A stretch of 63,537 nucleotides of DNA, filler included, from Folioceros fuciformis (Eukaryota), in NCBI GenBank assembly GCA_049999805.1. It is 13 parts of 13 records of this genome, joined end to end, with 100 filler letters (N's around TTAATTAATTAA, not from the genome) between each part and the next. Parts side by side here need not be neighbours in the genome. Positions count along the whole stretch, not along the records: positions 44,334 to 61,737 come from JBNGIO010003816.1; 12 more parts are not named here. One strand, 5' to 3'. Made by a program: the position numbers and the translations under genes. The notes under the pieces were generated by a model that ran no database searches, was not told where the DNA came from, and saw nothing but the letters and a program-made list of their open reading frames with translations. This document shows, in pieces, positions 49,993 to 61,737 of this stretch; the stretch's first letter is position 1, and every line of letters begins with the position of its first letter.

Positions 49993-52900
49993 CTACCACA
50001 CGGACGGGGTATGAGCAAGCTGCTCGATAGTTGGAAGGGACTTGTGAAGCAACAATTCCTCTGCATCCCCTCCACTGTTGGGTCGAATTCTGATCTCCTC
50101 TAACATGGGTATTACCTGACGCATATTGGGACGATTCTCGGCCTTAGATTCAGCACAAAGCAAGGCCACTCGGAGGAGGGGAAATAACTTGTCGGTCTCG
50201 TGAAGCGACGACGCACTTTCTAGTAGTATGGTATCGAAAACTTTCAAGCTTCTACCTGCGAAGTACCCACTCGTCCATGCTGGAAGATCCAGCCCATCCA
50301 AGCTAGAATCAGTGGGCCTCTTACCAGTTAGCATCTCCATGACCACAACACCGAAACTGTAAACGTCACCCGCGGTCGTCGTTCTCAAGGAGAAAACATA
50401 CTCTGTGACAGACAGGGTAGCGTTGTATGAGGTCAGGTCAGCCTCTCTGATCCAGGATGACATCAAAGGCAAGACCTGCGAATGCAAGATACATACCCGG
50501 GGCCATGTAGCCAAACGAGCCACGAAATTTCGATGCCATGACAGACGAAACTGAGGTGTTGTCTTCTCCCATGGCACGATATAGGAGTTTGGCGATTCCG
50601 AAGTCTCCGATGTGTGCTACCCTGTCGCTGTCGAGGAGGATATTGGCGGGCTTGAGATCACAGTGGATGACGCCATGGTCGTGCAGGTATAACAGGCCTT
50701 GTGCTACGTCAAGTGCAATGGACAGTCGGTCATCCAAGCCCAGAAAGCTGTCACCCGTGGAGTTCTCAGAGTTCGAAGCGGTACTGGAGCTTTGCCCATC
50801 CCAGGTCGGGCTGGGATGCAGAGCCTGTGCCAAAGACCCCCTTTCCATGTATTCCAACACCATGGATCTCACCTGGCCCGATGCTGAAGTTTGGCTGGCC
50901 AGGAGCTTGATGAGATTGCGGTGCCGCAGCTGACCTAGCAGCTTCAGTTCCATCACAAAGCTGCGTTGCATCTCCTCCTCTTTGTCAGTCAGCAGGGGCC
51001 CCGACATTCTCTCGTCTTGTTTGAAATCGTCTCCTTTCATCTTCTTCACAGCTATCTGTCGCCCATCGGCTAAAGTGCCCTTGTACACGATGCTGACGGA
51101 GCCGACGCCTATGACCTTTGCATCTGAGAATCCCTCTGTTGCAGCCCATAAATCAGACACACTACTGAGGGCAAGCTGCGTGTCGAAAAGTAAAATCTCA
51201 TCCTCATCTTCCAACGCCTGTCCTCTCGAGGAGAGGCTACAGCGACACCAACAAAAAACAACATAACTACAGCAAAGAACGAAGAAACCTGCTCCAGCGC
51301 CTACCGAGAGAACAACTATCATCCAAATCCTTAAACCTCGTCTCCTTGAGCACGACCTATGCAACACCTCACCACAGAGTCCAGGGTTGTCCAAATATGA
51401 GGAATCGGTCAGATTCAAAAACATCCCCGTTGTAGGAACCGGGCCCGAGAGCTGATTTACAGACAAGTTGAGGAAGGTAAGCTGCACAAGCTTCGCCAAA
51501 GATTCCGGGATTTCCCCAGAGAGGTGGTTATATGACAGGTCTAGTGAGGTTAGAGTTTCAAGGTTGCCCAGCTCCTGGGGTATGCTCCCATTCAAAGAAT
51601 TGACTGAGAAATCTATTACCATCACACTGGCAAGCCATCGGTCAGGCTTTTCACCAAGGCTAGCAGGAATTGCCCCATCTAGTTTGTTGTTAGACAGATC
51701 TAACGTCTGAAGTGCTGTGCATCCACTCAGGCTCTGGGGAATCCCTCCAGACAGTTGGTTGTACGACAAATCTATTATCTGGACTAAAGTCAGCGATCCA
51801 AATTGCGGAGGCAGTGCACCTGACAACGAGTTATGAGAGAGGTTTAAGAGGGTCTGCTTACTAAATGCAGCGATTGGCCAAGGAATACCTCCTGATAGCT
51901 GGTTGGAAGAGAGGTCTAGCTCTTGAAGGTTTGAGCAGCTTCCAAGTTCGTCTGGAATGACATCGGTCAGCTGATTATCTCGTAAAGACAACTGAAAGAG
52001 AGTCATGTTCAGCAGACCGATCCAGGATGGGATGGCTCCAGTGAACGCATTGCTGCTTAGGTCCAGTTCACCCAGTTCCCTGCAATTTGAGAGGTCTGGG
52101 ATGGGCCCCTCCAGTTGATTGTTTCCAAGCCTCAAGCGCTGCAAGACCAAACAGTAGTTCAGAGAAGTGGACAATCCAACCATAACAAAAACTCCTAGTA
52201 GTCGGGCGATGGAATGACGAACTGATCACCTGAAGTTGAGTGAGGCTCCCAAAAATGCTAGGAAGACTCCCATTGAGGTTGTTCCTACTAAGATCAAGAA
52301 TGCCAAGATTGACGAGATTGCCAAGTTGGGGTGGCACACCACCTGTCAACCTATTTCCCGTGAGGCTCAGAATCTGCAGACTCCCACTAAGTCCCAAGCT
52401 AGTTGGAATTTCTCCAGTAAAGCCGTTGTTCCCTGCATATATGGATATGATGTTAGGCCACCACTTTCCGACGTCATTTGGGATTCTGTCCCCCAGCTGG
52501 TTATCGGTCAAGTATAGGTATTGCAGCATAGAATTGCCAGACAGATTCGGGAAAGGACCATAGAAGTTACAATTGAACAAGCTGAGCGCGGTTAGGTTCT
52601 CTAGCTCTCCCAACCAACTTGGAATGGGCCCCGACAAACCTGGATTTGAATTCACTGAGAATTCGGCTAGACCGGTACAGTTTCTGATGGACTCAGGAAT
52701 GATGCCAGTGAAACTGTTCTCGTGCAAAAACAAAGTTGTCAGACGGAGCAAAGAGTTGCCTAACTCTGGGGGAATAGTCCCTTGCAGCTGGTTCCTTGCA
52801 AGAAGTAGGGTCTCCAAGCTCGTACAGTCGAACAATGATAGAGGGATGTCTCCGGTCAGACGGTTTCCATTCAGACCGAGATAATTAAGGTTGGTCAAAG

Positions 52901-54056
52901 ACCCGAGCCCGGATGGAACTCCTCCTGTCAGCTGATTACTCGATAAAATGAGCGTCTGCAGATTCGGTGTAGACCATACCTCAGGTATGAATCCTGACAA
53001 TGAGTTGTTAGAGAGGTCCAAATAGTACAAGGCTGTGAGATTGGCTGCAACAGGAAGGATGATGCCAGTTAATTGATTATGGTTCAAAAGCAAATACTGC
53101 AGTTGAGAGAGATACGCTAGCTCTGCGGGGATAGAGCCAGTCAACCTATTGCCTGAAAGTAGAAGGGACCTGAGAGAAGTGCAATTGCCGAGATACGGAG
53201 GGATTGCACCAGTGAGCATATTGTCTTGCAGCTCCAAATTCACGAGGTTGGAACAGGTGCCATCAGGGTAGGGTACAGGACCTGAAAGAAGGTTGGAGAA
53301 CAAGGTGAGATCCACCAGGCCGTAAAAAAGCGTTCCTATTGCGGGAGGAATACTTCCTGAGAGGTCATTGTTGGATAGATATAATTGAGTGAGATTGCGC
53401 AGCTGTCCGAGAGAAGCCGGAATCTCGTCAGTAAGGCTGTTGACTGCCAAAGACACATAGGCTAGTTCCCGGCACTCGGACAAGGAATCCGGAATGGATC
53501 CCGCAAAGTTGTTGTACGAGAGGTCCAGGTGCTGCAGCGTAGAAAGCCAGCCGAGAGACTGTGGCAAGCGGCCGGTGAGGTTATTGATGCTCATATCCAG
53601 CGAGGTCAAGGTTGAGAGATTGCCGACGGCGGATGAGAGGAAGCCCCCGAGATGATGCCCTGAAAGATTAAGCTGACGCACACGGTACGACTGGTCGCAA
53701 ATAACGCCTGCCCAGCTACAAGCATGGAGCCCCGGGCTCCCCCAGTTGGCCAGCACTCTATCCGGGTCATCCGTGATGTTACCCGAAAGCTGGAGCAGAA
53801 ATTGGGCGTCAGGCCCTGGTACTTCCGGGCCTTCTACCAATAGCCAACGCTCCGAGAGTGAGGAAGTGCGAGCGCCATCACCACCGGACTCTTGAGGACA
53901 CAAGGTGCAGTTGATGGGCTCCCGTGTCGCTACCTGGAAGTGGGGAGTGAGCAGCAGAGGGGAGGAAAATCCCAGCCCCAAAGGCAGGAGCAGCGTGCAG
54001 GCCAAGGTGAAGGCGCAGAAGTCACAAGGACTCGGCAGGCCTGCCCCAGCTGCCAT
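49993..54056 (-). CDS. LRR receptor-like kinase, non-RD (LRR-XII/FLS2-like); start uncertain
   Basis: Signal peptide, CSWAGVIC cap, long plant LRR array, TM and kinase (AVKK, HCDLKPANILL, DFG, GYMAPEY). Introns at 52229-52139 and 50496-50403 restore one reading frame. Confidence 0.92.
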
Positions 54057-55120
54057 ACCGCTTGGTGTATGCACCACAACGATTACACCAGCTTTCTTTG
54101 GCGCTGTCCTTTGCGACACAAACTCGTGGATGTCCAGGCCTGACCCCATCAATTTGCCCCACACCCCATCCTTATATGTAGTCACAGTCCATCTATACGC
54201 ACGTCTCTACGTACATATCTACAGTACGTACACCGGACTCCGTGGCTTGGAGTCTGCCGGTTTCCGACAAACCAGTAGTCGGCTCCGGACAAACTGATAC
54301 CCAGGCAACCCCCGGTACCCGCTTGAAGACTCCAGATTTGCCGGCGGAGATCGCGGGAATATCCTTCCATCCCTAAATTTTTGTAGGCATAGGTGCGGCA
54401 CCTTCGACGGACATCATTTCGACTGTGGTCGACAAACAGGAGCAAGAGACTGGGCTTGCGCAATGTGGCTCTTTATTAATGGCTTCGGCACTCCAGACAG
54501 TAGCATGCCAAGTATCCCATGAACTGCTCTGGTCCGACCTCAACTTTAAAACAAAGCAGCCTGAGCTCGGGTGGTGTGGGCAGTACTCTCTCAACATCTC
54601 CTCCTATGGGTCTGTCCACTCCAATGTACATTCTCCAACACCTACCCATCCACCGCTACAGTGCTTCTGAGAGGCCTGCGCGAGACTCTAAGAGCGTCAT
54701 GGCACGGACAGCTAGCAAGCTCTTTCACTCCGGCCGTTTTGAAAATTGGACGCTTTTAAAATTTTGAGCTCCGCCCGCTCGGAACCAGCGGGCACACAAG
54801 ACATGCGTGGGAGTGATTCCCTTTCCCAACGGCCAGCAAGGAACTTGCTAGCCGCCAGATCCAACTTACTTCAAACCCCTGGCGGAGCGCACTAGGAAGC
54901 GTCGATGTTGTACAAGGACCAGCGCCTCAGAAGGGAGCCTATCAGTATCCTGTCTTTCCTGCAGTGCATCCCAGACTTGCAGACAACCAAAAACGCCAGT
55001 AAGAAGACGAGTACCGGAGACATCACCAAGAAGGTGATGGCAATCAGCGCGCACAGTAACGGTCATCTCCCAATTTCTCAGGAAAATATACCAATGTTAG
55101 AGACAAATGAATCGTACCAA

Positions 55121-58100
55121 CTAGAGTTTTGCAAACATGAAGTGCAGCAGGCAAACATGGACATTTGTTTGCCTGGACTGACAAACGGTCCATTTGCCTG
55201 GACTGTATGTTTGTCCAGTCAAACTTTGCCCTGGCTGCTTCCATGCCCGCATTCGTTTTCTCCTCAACTGCATCGTCTTTGCCTGCTCCCACATCTGCGC
55301 ACCAGTGAGTATGTTTGTCAGCTGCACATACGCTGCACCATCTTTCATGTCTAGCTTCAGCGCTTCATTAAAAGCATGATGTCCCACTTCCACGTTGCTC
55401 CACTTTTGACAAGCACCCAAAAGAGTATGCCAAATTGCAGCATTAGGTTGTACAGGCATTGCCCTTACTAAAGCAAGCGCCTCATCCAGTTGTCCTGCGC
55501 GTCCTATGAGATCCACTATGCAGGCATAATGGTCCTCTGTTGCCGTGATGTCGTAGTATCTGCTCATAGCCTCAAAGTACGCCTTCCCCTGGTTCAGCAG
55601 ACCCGCATGGCTACACATTGTCAGGACACTAAGAGATGTGATGCTATCAGGCTTGATGCCATACACTCTCATGCTCTTGACTAAGTCGAAGACTTGATCA
55701 CTTTCTCCATGACAGGCATAGCCTGCAATCAATGCGTTCCAGACAACAATATCCCTGTTGGGCAAAGAATCAAAAACCTGCAGTGCATCAACCATACTTC
55801 CAGACCTTCCATACATGTTAACAAAACTCCCGGCTACACACAGATCAGCTTCTAGCCCTTGCTCTAAAATTTGAGCATGCAGCTGTCTTCCTGTGGACAA
55901 AGATGCCAATCTTCCACATGAATCCAGGAGGCAAACACATGTCACAGAATTTGGAACAGCAACACCGTCACCTTGCATAGCACTGTATAGCCCAAGGGCT
56001 GCCTCTCCCATACCTTGCTGGGAGTAGTATCTTGCTATCATGGCAGTCCATGCCACCACATCCTTTTCATCAAGCCCATCAAACACAGATTTTGCGTCTT
56101 CCAAGCTGCCACACTTCGCATACATGTTCACCAAGCTGTTGGCCACAGCCACATCGCCTTCATGGGCCCCTGCTATAGTTTGTGCATGAAGCTGCTTCCC
56201 CATCTCCAGCGCTGGGCTGCCCAGGCTTGCACAAGCCTGCAGAAGACACATGAATGTCACAGAGTCAGGTATGGTCATGCCAGCGTCTGGCATATCACAG
56301 TAGAGACGAAGAGCTTCCTGTCCCATCCCGTGCTGGACGTATCCTGATATCAGGGCATTCCAGGTCACTACATCTCTTTGACAGAGTCCATCAAAGAGTC
56401 GCTGAGCATCTTCCAAGCTGCCACACTTTGCATACATGTTCACCAGACTGTTGACCACGAACACGTCAGTGTCATGTTCTCCTTCTTTGACTTGCACATG
56501 TAGATGCTTTCCCGTCTCCAAAGCCACGGGTCCCGCCTTGGCACATGCCTGCAGGAGACACAAATGTCACAGAATTGCATACCGCCAAGCCTTCTTCCTG
56601 CATGGCGCTGTAAAGACGAATGGCTTCCTGGCACATGCCCCGCTGAGTGTACCCTGCTATCATGGCAGTCCATGTCACCACATCTTTATGAGCGAGTGTA
56701 TCAAACACAGTCTGAGCGTCCTCCAAGCTGCCACACTTTGCATACATGTTCACCAAACTGCAGCCCACAAACACATCCGTTCCATATTGACATTCTGCAA
56801 CGTGCATGTGAAGCTGCCTCCCCTTCTCCAGGGCTGGGTTGCCCATGCTTGCACACGCCTGCAGAAGGTGTGCAAACGTCCAGGAATCAGGTACAGCAAC
56901 TCCTTCATCTTGCATGGCACTCAAGAGATAAAGGGCTTCCGGTCCCATACCACGCTGTGCATAACCTACGATCAAGGCATTCCAAGTCACCACATCCTTC
57001 TGACCAAGTTCATCAAACAAACTCTGAGCATCGTCCAAGCTGCCACCTTTTGCATACATGTTCACCAGACTGTTGGCCACAAAAACATCAGTTAGAGAAC
57101 CTTGTTCTCTTACTTTGGCATGAAACAGCTTCCCCTTCTCCAATGCTGTAGCTCCTACACTTGCACATGCCTGCAGGAGGCAAACAAATGTCATAGGTTA
57201 GGTGCAGTAATGCCCTCATGTTGCATCACAGCGTAGAGATGAAGGGCTTCCTGCCCCATGCCCTGACGGAAATATCCGCCTATCATAGCATTCCACGTCA
57301 CGACATCTGTTGTGGCAAGTCCGTTGAACACTCCTTGAGCGTCCTCTAATTTGTCACACTTTACATACATGTGCACCAGACAGTTGGCTACAAGCATGTC
57401 ATCTTGATGTCCATGTTCTTTAACTTGTGCATGAAATTGCCTCCCCTTCTCCAAGGCGACCACAGTGCCCAGACTGGCACATAACTGCAGGAGGCACGCG
57501 AATGTTACGGCATTGGGCACAGCCTTGCCCTCTAGCTGCATGGCACTGTAGAGACGAAAGGCTTCATGGGCCCTGCCATGCAGGGAATACCCTGCTATCA
57601 TGGCATTCCACGTCACCACATCTTTTCGATGCAGGCTATCAAAGACTCCCTGGGCGTCATGCAAGCTGCCACACTTTGCATACATGTTCACCAAGCTGTT
57701 CGATATAAACACATCAGCCTGATGTCCTCTCTCTGCAATCTGAGCATGGAGATGCTTCCCCTTCTTCAATGCCGGGATGCCCACACTTGCACAGGCCTGC
57801 AGAAGGCACACGAATGTAACACAGTTCGGTTCAGCCACGCCACCCTCTTGCATTGCGGAGTACAGGCGAAGGGCCTGCAGCCCCATACCGTGGTAGGCGT
57901 AGCCTGCAATCAAGGCGTTCCAAGTCACCACATCCTTCTCACCAAGTCCGTCAAAAACTGTCTGCGCATGTTCCAGGCTACCACACTTCGTGTACATGGT
58001 GAGCAAGCAGTTAGAAACAAGCAAAGCAGGCTGACAGCCGCTGCCCAATACGTCAGCATGCACCTGGCACCCAGCTTCCAAGTCCAATGCCCTGGCACAA

Positions 58101-58963
58101 GCCTGGAGGGCAGCCACAAACACATGTCCATCTGGCTTTACATTGGACGTGAGGCGCATCCGACGATAGATGTCTATGGCCTCCTTATCTTAACCATGCT
58201 TAACATGCGCAGACATGATGGCTGACCAGGTGAAGACATTAGGGCTGGCAACCGCGTCAAACACTTCCATGGCATCTTGCAACCTGCCATGGGCGGCATA
58301 TAATCGCAGAAAGTGGAAGCCCAGGAACGTGTCTGACTGGTACCCCAGTTTCACAGTAACAGCACGAAGTCGGCAAGCCAGCGCAATATCTTTGTGCGCT
58401 ATACACTTCTTGAGGACGGTTTGAAGAAGAGATTTAGGAACCGGTGGGCGGGTGAGCGCTACAAGTTCTAAAGCCTCAACAGCCTGAGCGAGGAGACCCT
58501 CACAACATAGCTCGCTCACAGTTCCAGCGGTGATGCCCCTAGAGTCACGTGCAGTCCTCCAAACGGAGCTGTCGCGGTGGATGTTGGAGACACAAGACCT
58601 GGCGGTCCCAACAGACAGATTTGCAGAACGCCGTGCATCCACCCAAGCTGAAGCTGCCTTGTTCTTCTTTCTGTTGAGCCAGCGCAGTTCATGCGACTGG
58701 AACTGCTTGCAGTGACAAAAGTCATGAAACCAACCCACATTACTCAACTTCCTCCTCCTGTTGTTCCTCTTCTTATCAAGTCTGGACCTGTTATCCCACC
58801 GAAAAGAAAGTGCGGGGCCACAACAGCACAGTGTTGTACGCGCTAGGGCTGGGGATCTCTTCTCTTTTCCTGCAAGAGTGCCGCACCTCCCCAGTCCACG
58901 TAGAGCCACGGGAATGAGAGTGGGAGCCGGAGATAGAGGTTCACCAACAATACCCATTCCCAA
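55121..58963 (-). pseudogene. Long PLS-class PPR gene (E domains, WKQPGQS) with three disablements
   Basis: In-frame TAA at 58190, 1-nt deletion near 57195 and 2-nt (TG) deletion near 56560; many P/L/S triplets. Confidence 0.85.
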
Positions 58964-59279
58964 AGCTCAGACCGCAAAACCCAGAACCCACACCCATACG
59001 AATAGACCCGTTGTACACTACCTACACTTCCTTATAAACAAAACACCAGTAATACCTCCTAAACTGCTGGGTGACAAACGGAACCAACATCCAATGTTTA
59101 CGATGTCAATGTCGGTTGGTAAACAAGAACAACGGAATCCGACAATAGACCTTATCCTCACGAGCTTGATCTACCTCTCTTCTTTCTGAAGTGTTGGCCT
59201 GTGCTGGCCAGGTCCTCAGGGACGAAAGTAATGCACAAACTGCGGTATATGAATATGATCTCAACTCCTGAATGCCTAA

Positions 59280-60064
59280 CTAGCTGTTCTGCATAGTAGC
59301 CATGACTGGCTGAAAACGGGAGGACAGGGGAACCACAGCAACAGCTCGCAAGTGCTGCGCATTTCCCTTCCTTGATTTCCTCAACACCAGCTCCACCATT
59401 TCCCCATACAGCACACGGCTGGCAAACTCAACTGCACAAGTCAGGGCGTCTCGCTCAGCTTACAGCGTGCAAAAACACGTTGGACCACATGTAGATGCTG
59501 CTGCCTTGGTATGTTGGGCATGCACCTGCAGACGGGTTCCTTGAAGCCAGGCTGTAAAATTCGTCGGCGGAGCATCCCATCAGGACTCGGGCTGCTCTAT
59601 CGAACGCCACCACCGTCACGACCTTGTCCTCAGTTCCCACCGACAGCTGAGGACACGAAACAGAACATTAGGATATTTTAAGTGCCAGTGGCTGACGGCC
59701 TCCTCATGCATCCCTCAAGGCCACCTACGAGAAGTTTGTAGAGGCGTTTTGTGTTAGCCACCCCGTGGTGAACCAAAGCTTGTCGGCAACGCTTACAGTT
59801 CTGCGTTACAGAGGCAGCTGCAGGCTGCACTCCGTCTGCTATCACCTCCTCACAGTTCCGGCACACTTCGTAGCTGCCCACACAAGGACACATCCAAACG
59901 ATAGGTATCCACCAACGGCATCTCCATAGACTCTACAAGGATGTCTGTGCACATAACGCCACAACCTATCCGCTGTAGGGCACAACCAGGATTTGGGTTC
60001 AGTACCAGAAGCTGGATGTATCCAGGGTTTCGATGGAGCAGAAAGGAACGTGGAGATCAGTCAT
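59280..60064 (-). CDS. Small OB-fold/Zn-ribbon protein (RPA70 C-terminal-like), multi-exon
   Basis: Spliced product MTDLHVPFCSIETLDTSSFCYEVCRNCE...CKRC...KRLYKLLLSVGTEDKVVTVVAFDRAARVLMGCSADEF...NAQHLRAVAVVPL...FQP. Confidence 0.75.
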
Positions 60065-60360
60065 TTCTCCTCACGGACTTGAAGTGGACACCGAGAAGAT
60101 TGATGTCGATTCCTGCTCCTATATTTATGACGGAAATCCGTCCTTAGTGACCTCTAATAGGTATAGAATTCTTCTTCTATTATAAAACACGACCAAATAA
60201 ACGTAGAAACGTTTGAGACGCTAATCTCAATTGACCCTATATATCTAGCGTCCCACTAAAAGCGTGTATTTACGGACGCCAGTTTAGGGTTTTGCATCTG
60301 ACCCAGCTTGCCAATGTTCGATTGAGAACACGGAGAGGAGGAGGTTCAAGCTTGGACACC
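60065..60360. promoter_or_regulatory. Short divergent intergenic region (putative bidirectional promoter) with telo-box
   Basis: ~296 bp between two head-to-head ATGs; TTTAGGGTTTT at ~60283. Confidence 0.5.
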
Positions 60361-61737
60361 ATGAAGACCACCAAGGGCGGAAAGGTCATGAATCCCACGG
60401 ATGCTTACCGGAAAGAGCTCCGCAAGAAGGAGCTCAAGCGGGTGAGTGGGGGTGGGATTGCCGTTTTACCATGGTCGCGCCGTTCATTGTTCTTGCAGTG
60501 CCATTGCCTCCGGGGACCATAGAGTTGCTCCATCTACCGTTGACCGTACCATGCTTGAAGCTCAGTGTTGTGGAATTTCGGAAATTTCTTGCAGAACAAA
60601 AAGGAGAGGAAGAAAGTTCGGGAGGTTGGCATTCTTAAGAAAGATCCAGAGGCAATCAAGGAGCAGATCAGGAAACTGGAAATGCTGAGTCCGTACTCAT
60701 GTTCTATCCTCCTCATCGGGTGCTTTTGCTCATGGACGTATTCTTGTTAGGTGTCACCTTTCCGATTGTTTGCATTTCACCTGATTCCCAGGAGGGTCAG
60801 TCACGCACGAAATTGTTGCTTCCAGTCCGTTGCGTGTTGCTCATTGTAATCGTCTGTGTGCAGAAGCTGATGGAGCTCTTGACAAAACTCGTCGCCACAA
60901 GAAAAGGCAGCTCGAAGATACTCTGAACCTTGTCTTGAAGAAAAGAAAGGTATGTGTTATGCTCACTACAGTCCCATGGTATCCTGCCAGTATGAAGTAC
61001 TGTGCAGGTATGAGTCTCAGCATCGTCATGTTTGTGCAGGAGTATGAGGAGAAGATGAGAGAGATGGGGGAAGAACCTGTCATGTTCAGGTAGATGAACC
61101 CTTTGGGTGGTGGTCTAGTGGAGGTCCCATTTTTTCGGAGTGCCCGTCTCTAATGCCATGTCAACTCCAATTTCAAATCAATCTCTGATGTGCAAGAAGG
61201 TGTATTGTTGTGCTGTTTGCAGCCATTTACCAGCTCCGCGGAGAAGGGCCACAGCGGAAGAAGAAGAGAGGGCAAAACACCCTAAACCAGAGGTTGGTTG
61301 TTGCATGCAAAGTGTTCTGTCATGTTCTCAGAGGTTGGATTGTCCATTAACCAGCTTGTTGACTCGCAGGACTCAGTTTATTTTCATCCCACATTAAATC
61401 CTACAGGGGCTCCCCCTCCTGGCAAGCCGCCTATGTATAAGTCGTCCATTGGTAAAGTACTGTTCAATCAATCTCAACTTGTTTTATCCAGTATGTGATT
61501 GAGGCAATGCAGTTCTGTCCAGCAGGTTCTCTGTGAAGAACCTATGGCATCCTGGTACTTCTTTGCCTAATTGTCCTGTTGTGGTGTTTCTAGGGCCAAG
61601 GATACCGCTCTCTGGAACTGCTGTATATTCAGAACAGGGAGGCGTGCCTTTGCCGCCACCTCCACCTCCACCGCCTCTTCCTTCAAACGCGGATGGATCT
61701 TCTCCTGCCGATTCTGACATGCCGCTGACACTTCCAG
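60361..61737 (+). CDS. ELF5: WW-domain-binding protein 11 homolog / EARLY FLOWERING 5, 5' part (truncated by scaffold end)
   Basis: [37 protein letters not shown]...[28 protein letters not shown] and a poly-Pro region; GT-AG introns. Confidence 0.92.

Noticed and set aside
52139-52229. Apparent frameshift in the LRR kinase
   Set aside because: Explained by a 91-nt GT-AG intron.
58190-58192. TAA stop that U-to-C editing could repair to CAA
   Set aside because: Nuclear gene; such editing is organellar, and two frameshifts also disable the gene.
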